Assembly (NCBI GenBank): GCA_963695225.1
Contig: OY968762.1
Coordinates: 2,432,001-2,496,000 of the forward strand
Length of the DNA stretch: 64,000 nt
Origin: Vulcanimicrobiota bacterium
GTDB taxonomy: Bacteria; Vulcanimicrobiota; Vulcanimicrobiia; Vulcanimicrobiales; Vulcanimicrobiaceae
Direction: 5' to 3'
The translations under genes and the position numbers were made by a program. This document shows, piece after piece, positions 9,572 through 20,216 of this stretch. The notes under the pieces are model-generated. The model made no database searches, was not told the DNA's origin, and saw only the letters and a program-made list of their open reading frames with translations. How positions within the stretch are numbered: position 1 is the first letter of the stretch; each line of letters begins with the position of its first letter.

Positions 9572-9956
9572 CGCGCGCGAAGCCGGCGCCTCGGAAGATC
9601 TCGAGAACGCGCTCGACCGTTTCGGGCTTCGCGAAATACGCCACGACGGAGCGGCCGCGCTCGAGCGCCTCGAGGTAGTCCGGGAGTTCGCTGTCGGGGA
9701 TCTCGAGATCCCCGAGCCGGCCGGCCAAGGAGCCGTCGCTCAGCGCCTCGATGTTCCACCGGCCGCCGAGCCCCGGCACGCGAACGGCATCGCCGGTGAT
9801 CAGATCGGTCGCCGCCATCGTCCGGGAGAGGCTTCGCGCAGAATCATCGGGGCGGATGAGCTGCAGCGCGTTCAGGGAGAGCCCGGCCGCCGTAAGGGCC
9901 ACCTCGAGCTTTCCGGTGTCCGCGTCGCGTGAGATCGCGACGACGACGAGACCCAC
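9558..9956 (-). CDS. Hypothetical protein (132 aa)
   Basis: Strong SD (AAGGAGGT, 9961-9968) before GTG 9956; follows the ECF module on the same strand. Confidence 0.7.
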   Translation of the reverse strand: MGLVVVAISRDADTGKLEVALTAAGLSLNALQLIRPDDSARSLSRTMAATDLITGDAVRVPGLGGRWNIEALSDGSLAGRLGDLEIPDSELPDYLEALERGRSVVAYFAKPETVERVLEIFRGAGFARVTRY

Positions 9957-9988
9957 GATGACCTCCTTCCGGGAGCGTTTGACCGTTT

Positions 9989-10903
9989 TTAGACGGGGTT
10001 CATCGGCGCGCCGCCGACGGGCCGCCCGCCCGGCGGGTTCGAGGGGTCGCCCCCTTGTACGTTCTTCGCGAATGTCTGGAAGCTCGAATCGCGCACGAAA
10101 GCGAGGATCGCGGCTCCCAAACCGACGAGCCAGACGAGCGCCGTGACCGCCCAGCCGACGACGGGGACCATCTCGGCCGCGCTCACGACGATCAGCCCGA
10201 TGACGAGCGCCCCGACCGGGGTAGCGGTCGCCGTCGGCCGGATCAATTCGTAGACGCGCCGCCCGATCAGGAGCGCGACGGCGCCTTGGCCGATCCAGAT
10301 GCCGGCGAAAAGCGCGGCGACTTCGAGCACGACGAAAGGTATCCCGATGATGCTGAGGACGAGCAGGATCGCGACCGGTATGACCGCGATGAACGCGAGC
10401 GTCCCTACGAACGCGGAGAGCGCGGGGTGGCGCTCGACCCGGTCGAGCGCGATCCGCACCCGCATCGGGAAGAGCAAGAACATGAAGACGACGATGATGC
10501 TGTAGGCGAGCTGCGCGATCGTGCGCTTGTTCTCTTCGAACATGCTCGGAACGGTGCCGCGCGATTGCCACCAGGGCCACGGGGCGAGCGCCTCGACGGA
10601 ATCTCCCGAGAGCGCGTTGACCTGGCCGCCGACGACGCAGCCGTCGAGCTGCGTGAACGTGCCGCCGAACGTGTGGACGTTGCCGTCGATCATCCCGCCC
10701 GGCAAGCAGGTCGCATCGCCGAAAACGACGTTCAGATCGCCCCTGACGACGTCGCCCGGGCCGATCGTCACGTTCCCGAACCAGACGTTCTTATCGCCCT
10801 TGATCGTGCTCGCATAGGCCGGCGAAGCTCCGGCGAACGCGAATGCGAGTCCGGCTGCGACGAGCATCAGCGCGGCCCACAGCCGCGAGCGCGCGAGTTT
10901 CAC
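9989..10903 (-). CDS. Membrane protein: signal peptide, bactofilin-like beta-repeat region, multiple C-terminal TM helices
   Basis: GTG overlaps the anti-sigma stop; VRGDLNVVFGD/IDGNVHTFGG/VGGQVNALSG repeats followed by hydrophobic helices. Confidence 0.75.
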   Translation of the reverse strand: MKLARSRLWAALMLVAAGLAFAFAGASPAYASTIKGDKNVWFGNVTIGPGDVVRGDLNVVFGDATCLPGGMIDGNVHTFGGTFTQLDGCVVGGQVNALSGDSVEALAPWPWWQSRGTVPSMFEENKRTIAQLAYSIIVVFMFLLFPMRVRIALDRVERHPALSAFVGTLAFIAVIPVAILLVLSIIGIPFVVLEVAALFAGIWIGQGAVALLIGRRVYELIRPTATATPVGALVIGLIVVSAAEMVPVVGWAVTALVWLVGLGAAILAFVRDSSFQTFAKNVQGGDPSNPPGGRPVGGAPMNPV

Positions 10904-11460
10904 AGCGAGACCTCCGAAGTTCCGCTCAAGCGTTCGGCGCGGCGCGAGCGAAGGGCGACGACGCCGGCCGCGAGGCCTACCGCGAGCATGACGTCGAGTA
11001 GCAAGATCAGCCCCATCGCCGCGCCCACGCCGACCGTCGCGTGCCCGAAGAGGTTGGCGCCGCTCCCGACGAGCGCGGCGAGCGCGGTGCCAAGGCGCGC
11101 GAGCGCTTGTCCGGCGAACGCGAGCGTCGCCTGCGAGGCGGTGCCGCCCATCAGAAACCACATCGCGATCGCGCTCCACGCGAACGCGAGGTACGCCCCG
11201 AACATCGGGAGGGGCGAGACGCTGTGCACGACGGGGGGTGGGAGCGTCCGGATTTCGGCCATGACGGCGAACGTGAAATTCGGCGCCGGTTCGAGCCGCC
11301 GCGGCGCGAGCAGCAGCGCGTCAATGACGCGCAGCTCCTCAAGGAGCGCGCTGCACTCGCAGCATTCGGCGACGTGCGCCTCGAGGCGGGCGCGCACCGC
11401 GGGCGTGAGCTGCCCTTCCAGGTACGCGTCGAGGAGCGGTTCACATGACGAGCAGCGCAT
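10900..11460 (-). CDS. zf-HC2 zinc-binding anti-sigma factor with TM helices
   Basis: MRCSSCEPLLDAYLEG...HVAECCEC (HxxxCxxC); directly downstream of the ECF sigma. Confidence 0.9.
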   Translation of the reverse strand: MRCSSCEPLLDAYLEGQLTPAVRARLEAHVAECCECSALLEELRVIDALLLAPRRLEPAPNFTFAVMAEIRTLPPPVVHSVSPLPMFGAYLAFAWSAIAMWFLMGGTASQATLAFAGQALARLGTALAALVGSGANLFGHATVGVGAAMGLILLLDVMLAVGLAAGVVALRSRRAERLSGTSEVSL

Positions 11461-12088
11461 GCGTTCTCCCCGTTTGGGCCGGTCGCGAGGGTGGAATCGA
11501 CGCGATCGCTTCGGCTTCGCGGCGGCGCATGCGCTCGGCGAGCGCGATCTTGCCGCGATGGATCAGCGTCTTGACGTTGCCGAGAGAGAGGCCCATCGTC
11601 TCGGCGATCGTCTGGTAGTCCAAATTGTCGTAATAGCGCAGGGCGAGCACGGTGCGGGTGCGTTCCGGGAGCTCCGCCAGCGCGGCGCGGACGTCGGCCT
11701 CCGCTTCGGAGCGAAGGACGCCGCCGGCGGGATCGGCTTCCCGCGACGTGTCGGGGAGCATGTTCTCGAGCGTGCGGTCCTCGCCCAACTCCTGCGTCTG
11801 CGGGCGGCGCTGCGATCGTCCGAGGAACGTGCGCACGACGTTGCGCGCGATGTGGTAGATCCAGGTCGAGAAGCGTCCGAGCGCGGGATTGAACGTCCCC
11901 AAGTGGGCGTAGGCCCGGAGGAACGTCTCCTGCGTGAGGTCCGCGACATCGCTCTTGCTGCGCACGGCCGCGCCGATGAAGTTCGTGATGCCTCGTTTAT
12001 AACGATCGACGAGCACGGCAAACACATCGCGTTCACCGCCCAGGACGAGCCGAACCAACTCCTCGTCGGCCTGCTCCGCGATCGCCAT
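11441..12088 (-). CDS. ECF RNA polymerase sigma factor (SigW-like)
   Basis: DLTQETFLRAY, FSTWIYHIARN, LPERTRTVLALRY, IAETMGLSLGNVKTLIHRGK. Confidence 0.93.
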   Translation of the reverse strand: MAIAEQADEELVRLVLGGERDVFAVLVDRYKRGITNFIGAAVRSKSDVADLTQETFLRAYAHLGTFNPALGRFSTWIYHIARNVVRTFLGRSQRRPQTQELGEDRTLENMLPDTSREADPAGGVLRSEAEADVRAALAELPERTRTVLALRYYDNLDYQTIAETMGLSLGNVKTLIHRGKIALAERMRRREAEAIASIPPSRPAQTGRTHALLVM

Positions 12089-12117
12089 CCTCCTTCCTAT
12101 TCTGCTTGCTCACTGGC

Positions 12118-12143
12118 TACCATTCGGACGTAAGAAAGTTACA
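12118..12143 (-). promoter_or_regulatory. Candidate autoregulatory ECF promoter
   Basis: Minus strand TGTAAC-N16-GGTA about 30 bp upstream of the sigma start; resembles ECF AAC...CGTA promoters. Confidence 0.5.
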
Positions 12144-12268
12144 CGCCGAGGCGCCGGGCGCGGCTTGCAGTACCCGGCGAAGCGAGGGAAAGCTTGAAAC
12201 CGCTTCCGGTAGGGAAGGAGATGTGAGGCGGAATCGTCCGGTCGAAGAACGAAAATACCGGAACGACT

Positions 12269-13828
12269 ATGGACCTTCGCATCGATCGGCGAATCGTCGA
12301 CGAAGCGCGCAGTCTTGCGCGCCGTATCGTCGCGCCCGTCGGCGAGTTCATCGAGGCGCACTCGACGGTCGCCGTCGAGCGCTCCGTCCTCCGCCTCCTC
12401 GGCGTCGACGGCGTGGCCCACGACGAGATTCCCGTCGCCAACCTCGTCATCGATGCGCTCGGGGAGGAGGCTCGCGCCGGCGGCGTCGCCCGCCCGCTCG
12501 GGGCCGTCGTGGCGGAGACCGGGCTCGACCCCGCCTCGGCTTGCGCGGAGATCGCGGGCGGGCGGCTGCGCTTCGAGAGTTTCGCCGGCGTGCCCGAGGG
12601 AGCGGTCCAGGCGGCGCTGGCCCCGCACGTCGCCGCCGCGCTCGCCCGGATCGACGCCCGTCGCGGCGAGCGGGAGGCGCTGCTCGCGCGCCTGCCGCAG
12701 TCGCCCCCGCCGTTGCTCTACGTGATCGTCGCAAGCGGGAACATCTACGAAGACCGCGCCGCGGCCGTCGCGGCGGCCGAGGCGGGCGCGCAGATCGTCG
12801 CCGTCATCCGCTCGACGGGGCAATCGCTGTTGGATTTCGTCCCGTTCGGCGCGACGACGGAAGGGTACGGCGGCACGTACGCGACGCAGGAGAACTTCCG
12901 GATCGTGCGCGCGGCGCTCGACGAGGTCTCCGAACGTCTCGGCCGCTACGTCATGCTCACGAACTACGCGAGCGGCCTGTGCATGCCGGAGATCGCGACG
13001 ATGGCCGCGCTCGAGCGCCTCGACATGCTGCTGAACGACTCGATGTACGGCATCCTCTTTCGCGACATCAACATGCAGCGCACGTTCGTCGACCAGCACT
13101 TCAGCCGCATGCTCAACGCGCGTTCGGGGATCGTCATCAACACGGGCGAAGACAACTATCTCACGACCGCGGACGCGTGCGAGCAAGCGCCTGCGGTCCT
13201 CGCCTCGCAATTCATCAACGAGGCGTTCGCGCACGCCGCCGGAATGCGGGACGAGAAGATCGGCCTCGGCGACGCCTACGAGATCGATCCGAAGCTCCAA
13301 GACGGGTTCCTCTACGCGCTCGCGCAGGCGCAGCTGGCGCGCCAGATCTTCCCCGCTTCGCCGCTGAAGTATATGCCGCCGACCAAGCACATGACCGGCG
13401 ACATCTTCAAGGGGCATCTGATCGACGCGATGTTCAATCTGGCGTCGGTGATGACCGGCCAGACGATTCATCTCTGCGGCATGTTGACCGAAGCGATCCA
13501 CACGCCGTTCTTGGGCGACCGCGCGCTGTCGCTGGAGAACGCGCGGTACGTCATGGGGACGGCGCGGCATCTCGGGGACGAGATCGAGTTCAAGCGCGGC
13601 GGGATCGTCGAGCGCCGCGCGCAAGCGGTCCTGTCCGACGCGCGCGCGCTCTTGGAACGCATCGCCGAGCGCGGCCTCATGCGCTCGATCGAAGAGCGCG
13701 CCTTCGCCGACGTTTCGCGTTCGCCGAACGGCGGGCGCGGGCTCGAGGGAGTCTTCGCGCGCGCGCCCGGCTACTGGAATCCGTTCGAAGAGGCGCTCGC
13801 GCCTCCGCTCGAGGCGGCGGCGCGATGA
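12269..13828 (+). CDS. kamD: Lysine 5,6-aminomutase alpha subunit
   Basis: STVAVERSVLRLLGVDG, YVIVASGNIYED, IRSTGQSLLD, YATQENF, NYASGLCMPEI, INTGEDNYLTT, KYMPPTK. Confidence 0.95.
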   Translation: MDLRIDRRIVDEARSLARRIVAPVGEFIEAHSTVAVERSVLRLLGVDGVAHDEIPVANLVIDALGEEARAGGVARPLGAVVAETGLDPASACAEIAGGRLRFESFAGVPEGAVQAALAPHVAAALARIDARRGEREALLARLPQSPPPLLYVIVASGNIYEDRAAAVAAAEAGAQIVAVIRSTGQSLLDFVPFGATTEGYGGTYATQENFRIVRAALDEVSERLGRYVMLTNYASGLCMPEIATMAALERLDMLLNDSMYGILFRDINMQRTFVDQHFSRMLNARSGIVINTGEDNYLTTADACEQAPAVLASQFINEAFAHAAGMRDEKIGLGDAYEIDPKLQDGFLYALAQAQLARQIFPASPLKYMPPTKHMTGDIFKGHLIDAMFNLASVMTGQTIHLCGMLTEAIHTPFLGDRALSLENARYVMGTARHLGDEIEFKRGGIVERRAQAVLSDARALLERIAERGLMRSIEERAFADVSRSPNGGRGLEGVFARAPGYWNPFEEALAPPLEAAAR

Positions 13829-14562
13829 GCGGCCTAGTGAAGCCGTACGGCGACACGCTCGGCGACGGCAAGGTGCAACTCTCGTTCACGTTGCCGATCG
13901 AATGGAGCGAAGCGGCCGACGAAGCGGCGCGCAGGCTCGTCGGAGAGATGGGCTTCTGCGACGTGTCGGTCGCGGAGGGACGCAGGATCGCGACGGGCTT
14001 CTCGTTCTTCGTCGTCTACGCGAGCACGCCGGCCGGGATCGACCTCGCATCGATCGACGCGCGTTCCGCACGGACCGTCGAGCTTTCGCTCGATCAGATC
14101 GACGCGCTGGTCCGCGCGCGCGTCGGGCGGAAGATCCGCGTCGCAGGCGCGTGCATCGGGACCGACGCGCACACGGTCGGCATCGACGCGATTCTGAACA
14201 TGAAGGGCTACGGCGGGGATTACGGGCTCGAGCGCTACAAGGAGTTCGCGACGTTCAACCTCGGCAGCCAAGTCGCCGTCGAGGAGCTCGTCCGCTTCAC
14301 GGCGGAAAACGAGATCGACGCGGTTCTCGCCTCGCAGATCGTCACGCAAAAGGGGAGCGACATTCAGAATTTCACGGCGCTGGCCGAATTGCTCGAAGCC
14401 GAGGGGATGCGCGAGCGCGTGATCCTGCTCTGCGGCGGGCCGCGCGTGACGAACCTGATGGCGCTCGAGCTCGGATACGACGCCGGCTTCGGGCGCGGGA
14501 CGCGCCCGAGCCACGTTGCGGGCTTCATCGCGACGCGCATGGCGGAACGCGCCTTCGCTTGA
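13825..14562 (+). CDS. kamE: Lysine 5,6-aminomutase beta subunit (B12-binding)
   Basis: VKPYGDTLGDGKVQLSFTLP; DAHTVGID (DxHxxG); ILNMKG PLP lysine; GYDAGFG. Confidence 0.95.
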   Translation: MSGLVKPYGDTLGDGKVQLSFTLPIEWSEAADEAARRLVGEMGFCDVSVAEGRRIATGFSFFVVYASTPAGIDLASIDARSARTVELSLDQIDALVRARVGRKIRVAGACIGTDAHTVGIDAILNMKGYGGDYGLERYKEFATFNLGSQVAVEELVRFTAENEIDAVLASQIVTQKGSDIQNFTALAELLEAEGMRERVILLCGGPRVTNLMALELGYDAGFGRGTRPSHVAGFIATRMAERAFA

Positions 14563-15002
14563 GCCCGCTCCGCTCGCGCGCCTTCGGCGGCGCCGTCGCG
14601 CTCGCCGCGGCGCTGGCCGTCGCGGGATGCTCCGCGCCGCGGCAGGCCGTCGAGCAGCCGGTCGTCGCGGTCGGTCCGGTCCCGGCATCCATGCCGTCGC
14701 CGCCGCCGGCGGCCCCCGGGGATGCGCCGCGCATCGTCGAGATCTGGCTTTCCAAGACGGAGTTTGCACCGGGCGAACGCATCGCCGGCCGCGTCGTGAC
14801 GACGACGAACGTCGCGAGCTTGGAAATCCGCGTCGAAGGCTACGGGCGCGTTATTCCGCGCTCGGATTTCGGCCGCTTCGAGGGAACGGTCGCGGTCCCG
14901 AAGCTCCCGTCGTTCCTGCGCCGCGCGTTCGCGCTGCAGATCCTCGCGCGCAACGCCGGCGGCGTCGCGGCGAAAGCGATCGTTCCGATCCGCGTCTTAT
15001 AG
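14559..15002 (+). CDS. Hypothetical lipoprotein
   Basis: TTG overlaps the kamE stop; signal peptide with lipobox VAGC, Pro-rich linker, beta-rich domain. Confidence 0.65.
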   Translation: MSPLRSRAFGGAVALAAALAVAGCSAPRQAVEQPVVAVGPVPASMPSPPPAAPGDAPRIVEIWLSKTEFAPGERIAGRVVTTTNVASLEIRVEGYGRVIPRSDFGRFEGTVAVPKLPSFLRRAFALQILARNAGGVAAKAIVPIRVL

Positions 15003-15052
15003 CGCCGCCGCTCGATACATAGATCAAGTGCGCTTCGCCGCAGGGCCCGCGT

Positions 15053-15296
15053 GCGGGTCGGGGCGACGGTCTCCCGCGGGGACGCCCGCGATTTCGCATC
15101 CATGCGAAATCGCTACTCTCACCCCACGATGCTAACGCATCGCGGGGCCCCTGGGCAGTTGAAAAGGCGCTACGCCTTCGGCTCCGCGCCCCCACACGCG
15201 AAGCGCGTGGGGGCCCCTCCCGATCCCGCCATCCCGGCTCCGCGGGCAAGCTGCACGCCCCGCGGAAGACCGTCGCCCCGCCCCACCCGCTGCCTG
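15053..15296 (+). repeat. Structured palindromic intergenic repeat, copy 1 (long form)
   Basis: Terminal inverted repeat GGGGCGACGGTCT/AGACCGTCGCCCC; internal hairpins; shares blocks with the copies at 26666, 27001 and 46101. Confidence 0.85.
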
Positions 15297-15334
15297 GGGG
15301 CTGCCGGGTTGTCGAAGTCTCTGCTTGTCGTGCG

Positions 15335-16642
15335 TTACGGCTCGAAGGGGAATTCGTGTAGGCGTGCCAGCGCGTTCGCTTGCCGGCGGAAGAACGTTGC
15401 GTCGTCGCATAGGAGGCGGATGCGCTCGTCGTCGGCGTGGCGGTAGGCGAGGAGCGTCGCGCGGCCGTCGCGTTGGAGCGCGCTCGTGTCGTTGAGGTCG
15501 TTCCAGCCGCGTACGTTCGTCGCGACGAAGCACGCGGCGGCGGCGAGGGCGGCGGCGAGGGCGGCGCCGCGTGCGAGGGTCGTTCGCGGCGGGAACGCGC
15601 CGCTCTCGGCGGCGACGGCCAGCAAGCCCGCGAGCGCGATCCACAAGAGGCTCGAGACGGTGACGTAGCGCGAGCTGAGCGCTTGATCGATGCCGAACGT
15701 CGCGCGCCCGACGATCGCGAGCGCGGCGGTGAAGAGCGGGACGGAGCCGAGCGCGATCCAAGGGCGCGAGCGCTGGTCGGGGAGCGTTCGCGCGGCGAGC
15801 CATGCGAAGGCGGCGAGCCCGGCTGCGCCCCAGGCGAGCGCGACGGGGACGCCGGACCAGATGCCGAGCGGCCCGCCGAGGTACGTCAGGAAATAGCCCG
15901 CGGCGAGGAGCGGGGAACGCGCCGCGTCGCCCGCGTATGGTTCCGCCGGCGGTGCTGAGTAGCCGTAGGCGAACGCCCCGGCGGACGCTAGCGCGAGGGC
16001 GGTCCACACGAAGATGCGCACGCCGGCCGCGCGGGAACGCCCGGCCAGCACGACCGCCCCCGCGAGCCAGGCCGCGAAGCCGAAGATGAGGGAGTAGCTC
16101 GCGATCGCCGCGGTCGCGGCGGCCGCGCCGAAGGCGAGCGGCGATTCCGGCCACGCGTGCAGGGTCAGGACGGTCGCGAGGATCGCCGCGATCGCGAGGA
16201 ACCACGACAGTTGGAAACCCCAGAGGATGTTCTGCGATTGGCCGAGCGAGCATGCGAGCAGCGCGGCGGCCAGCCCTAGCGGCCCGGCGCGTTCCGGCCG
16301 AACGGTTCGCGCAGCCAGCGCGAGCAGCGACGCGACGGCGACGCCGATGAAAGCGATCCCGGCATACTCCTCGCGCACCGCGCTCCACGGGTGCGAGCGT
16401 GCGAGCGCGAGCGCGACGAGGCTCGGGAAGAAACTGCGGTGCGCGTTCTGTTGCGCCCACAGGTCGGAGACCGTCAGCGTGCCCTCGCGCAACTTGACGA
16501 TCAGCGGCGCCCAGATCCATTCGTCGAACCACGGCACGTCGACGCCGAAACGCGCGACCGCTGCGGCGAGGAGCGCGGGGCACGCGAGCGCGAGCGCGAA
16601 CCATGCGCGCGATGGGAGACGGAGCGTCGGCACGGGCCTCAC
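15335..16642 (-). CDS. Polytopic membrane protein, possibly a GT-C-type glycosyltransferase
   Basis: Acidic DEW after the first TM, LWAQQNAHR, SSRY; about 10 TM helices. Confidence 0.6.
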   Translation of the reverse strand: MRPVPTLRLPSRAWFALALACPALLAAAVARFGVDVPWFDEWIWAPLIVKLREGTLTVSDLWAQQNAHRSFFPSLVALALARSHPWSAVREEYAGIAFIGVAVASLLALAARTVRPERAGPLGLAAALLACSLGQSQNILWGFQLSWFLAIAAILATVLTLHAWPESPLAFGAAAATAAIASYSLIFGFAAWLAGAVVLAGRSRAAGVRIFVWTALALASAGAFAYGYSAPPAEPYAGDAARSPLLAAGYFLTYLGGPLGIWSGVPVALAWGAAGLAAFAWLAARTLPDQRSRPWIALGSVPLFTAALAIVGRATFGIDQALSSRYVTVSSLLWIALAGLLAVAAESGAFPPRTTLARGAALAAALAAAACFVATNVRGWNDLNDTSALQRDGRATLLAYRHADDERIRLLCDDATFFRRQANALARLHEFPFEP

Positions 16643-16692
16643 ATCCGCACTCGCGAGCGCCTATCCCTGTATGCGCCGCGTTTGCGTGGGCG

Positions 16693-18213
16693 TTGTTCGC
16701 CGCGTTGGAACCGGCGAGCGCCGCCGATCGATCCTCGCTCGCCCGGATTCCGAAGCCCGCAGCGGCGGGTGCGTCTTGGACGGCGGCGGAGGTCGCCGCG
16801 TTGCGCGCCTCGCTCGACGCCCTGCTCGCCGGGGCGCCCGTGCTGCGCGGCGCGCACGCCGGGGCGCTCGCGCTCGAGACGCGCAGCGGCGCCGTGCTCT
16901 ACGAGCGGAAAGCCGACGAACACTTCTTGCCCGCCTCCAGCGCGAAGCTTGCGACCGGCACGGTCGCGCTCGCGCGGCTTGGGCCCGGCTTCCGGTTCAC
17001 GACGTTGCTGCTCGGCACGGGTCCCGTCGCGGACGGGGAACTGCAGGGCGATCTCGTGCTGCGCGGCGGCGGCGATCCGCTCCTCTCCGCGAGCGATCTC
17101 GAGAGCGCGGCGAGCGCCGTCGCGAACGCCGGGATCCGGACCGTCGCCGGAACCGTCAGGAGCGACAGCACGTATTTCGCGCCGAAGCGCTACGGCGACG
17201 GGTGGAGCGTCGACGATATCCCGTTCTACTACATGCCGGTCGTCTCGGCGCTCTCGCTCGAGGAGAACGTCCTCCACCTGACGGTTACGGCGGGTGCGAA
17301 CGCGGGCGATCCGGCCGAGCTGCGAGCGGCGCCGGCGAGCGCGGTGCACGCGGCGCCGCTCGAAGGCTGCCCGAACGGCGACCTCGGGTTCTTCCTCGTC
17401 AATCGCGCGACGACCGGTACCCGCGGCTCCCGGGATACGGCCGACGTCGCGCGCGAACCGTGCGGCGCGATGGTCGTGACGGGGTCGATTCCGCTCGGCG
17501 CTCCGCCCGACGAAATCGACGCCGCGGTTCCGAACCCGGAGGCTTACGCCGCCGACGTGTTCCGCGCGGCGCTCGTCGCGCGCGGCGTGCGCGTGACGGG
17601 TCCTGACGGCGGCGCCCAGTACGGCGCAGCGGGCGGGCGCTACAGTCCGCTCGACGCGAGCTGGAGCGTTCTGTGGCGGCACGATTCCGAGCCGCTCTCG
17701 GAGATGCTAGCCGACTTCTGGTACCCGAGCGACAACTTGATCGGCGAAGCGCTCCTCCGCGTGCTCGGGATCGCGCACGCTGGGCCGCCCGGCACCGAGG
17801 CCGCGGGGCTAGCGCTCGTTCGCGAGACGCTGGCGGCGCAGGGGGTCCCGGCGCACGGCTTCGAGCTGGTCGATGGATCGGGGCTCTCCCGCTACGATTT
17901 GGCGACGCCGCGGGCGCTGGCGAGCGTGCTGCAGGCGGATTGGAACGCGCCGTACCGCGATCTCGTCCTCGACGCGCTCCCCGTCGCGGGCGTCCGGGGC
18001 TCGCTCGCGCACGCGTTCGCCGGAACGCCTCTCGAGCGGCGCGTCTTCGCGAAGAGCGGAAGCATGACGCACGTGAGCGCGCTCGCCGGCTATCTCGCGA
18101 CGAACCGGCACGGAGCGGTGACGTTCGCGATCATGGTCGACGATTGGAGCGGCGACGCGGCTGCGCTCGAAGACGTCCGCACGCGCTGGCTCTCGCGGCT
18201 CGTCACGGACTAG
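16693..18213 (+). CDS. dacB: D-alanyl-D-alanine carboxypeptidase/endopeptidase (PBP4, peptidase S13)
   Basis: PASSAK (SxxK), GGGDP, SDN (SxN), DGSGLSR, AKSG (KTG-like). Start uncertain. Confidence 0.9.
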   Translation: MFAALEPASAADRSSLARIPKPAAAGASWTAAEVAALRASLDALLAGAPVLRGAHAGALALETRSGAVLYERKADEHFLPASSAKLATGTVALARLGPGFRFTTLLLGTGPVADGELQGDLVLRGGGDPLLSASDLESAASAVANAGIRTVAGTVRSDSTYFAPKRYGDGWSVDDIPFYYMPVVSALSLEENVLHLTVTAGANAGDPAELRAAPASAVHAAPLEGCPNGDLGFFLVNRATTGTRGSRDTADVAREPCGAMVVTGSIPLGAPPDEIDAAVPNPEAYAADVFRAALVARGVRVTGPDGGAQYGAAGGRYSPLDASWSVLWRHDSEPLSEMLADFWYPSDNLIGEALLRVLGIAHAGPPGTEAAGLALVRETLAAQGVPAHGFELVDGSGLSRYDLATPRALASVLQADWNAPYRDLVLDALPVAGVRGSLAHAFAGTPLERRVFAKSGSMTHVSALAGYLATNRHGAVTFAIMVDDWSGDAAALEDVRTRWLSRLVTD

Positions 18214-19284
<1,071 letters not shown>

Positions 19285-19286
19285 GC

Positions 19287-20216
19287 GTGCGCGCGCTCGT
19301 CACGGGCGGAAACGGATTCGTCGGGCGGCACCTCGTCGCGGCACTCAAGGCGCGCGGCGACGGCGTGCTCACCGCGGGCCGCGCGAGCGACCCGGGCGAT
19401 CTCGATCTCCCGCTCGATCTGGGCGATCTCTCGAACGTCACGGCCGTCGTGGAGATCGCGCAGCCCGACGTCGTGTATCATCTTGCCGCCCAAGCCTTCG
19501 TCCCCGAAGCGAACCGCGATCCGCTCGGGACCTACGACACGAACGCGATGGGGACCGCCCGGCTCTTTGAGGCCGTGCGCGTGCTGAAGAGCGCGCCGCG
19601 CGTCGTCGTCGTCAGTTCGGCCGAAGTCTACGGCGTGCGCGCACCCTCCGACTACCCGCTCGTCGAGACGCAGCCCGTTCATCCCGCCTCACCCTACGCC
19701 GCGAGCAAGGCCGCGGCCGAAGCGTTCGCGCTTGCGGCACACCGCACGTACGGGATCCCCGCGGTCGTCGCGCGGTCGTTCAACCACATCGGCCCGGGGC
19801 AGGACGCGCGCTTCGCGGTTCCGGCGTTCGCGCGCCAACTCGCTGAGATCGAAGCGGGCGCGGAGCCCATCCTCTCCGTGGGAAACCTGACCGCGCACCG
19901 CGACTTCCTCGACGTGCGCGACGTCGTGCAAGCCTACGTGGCGCTGGCGGAACGCGGCGAACCGGGGACGTGTTACAACGTCTGCAGCGGAACGCCGCTC
20001 GAGATCAAAGAGGTTCTGCGCCGCCTGATCTCGCTCGCGCACGTCGCCGTCGAGGTCCGCGAAGATCCCGAGCGGATGCGCCCGAACGACGTCCCGCTCT
20101 TCTACGGGGACAACGCGCGCCTGCGCGCGGCGACCGGCTGGGCCGCCCGCATCCCGCTCGCCCAATCGCTGCGCGACGTGCTGGCGGACGCGCGCGTGCG
20201 CCTGGTCGCGCGGTGA
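19287..20216 (+). CDS. GDP-4-keto-6-deoxy-D-mannose reductase (Rmd-like)
   Basis: VTGGNGFVG, HLAAQ, SPYAASK, FNHIGPGQ, VGNL...RDFLDVRDVV; directly after gmd. Confidence 0.8.
   Translation: MRALVTGGNGFVGRHLVAALKARGDGVLTAGRASDPGDLDLPLDLGDLSNVTAVVEIAQPDVVYHLAAQAFVPEANRDPLGTYDTNAMGTARLFEAVRVLKSAPRVVVVSSAEVYGVRAPSDYPLVETQPVHPASPYAASKAAAEAFALAAHRTYGIPAVVARSFNHIGPGQDARFAVPAFARQLAEIEAGAEPILSVGNLTAHRDFLDVRDVVQAYVALAERGEPGTCYNVCSGTPLEIKEVLRRLISLAHVAVEVREDPERMRPNDVPLFYGDNARLRAATGWAARIPLAQSLRDVLADARVRLVAR

Noticed and set aside
15053..15296. Repeat copies as a CRISPR array or tRNA
   Set aside because: There is no regular repeat-spacer periodicity, no cas genes, and no cloverleaf with T-loop and CCA features.
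16603..16700. Frameshift at the dacB start (out-of-frame ATG 16671 giving MRR)
   Set aside because: An in-frame TTG start is available, and the question cannot be resolved without reads or orthologues.
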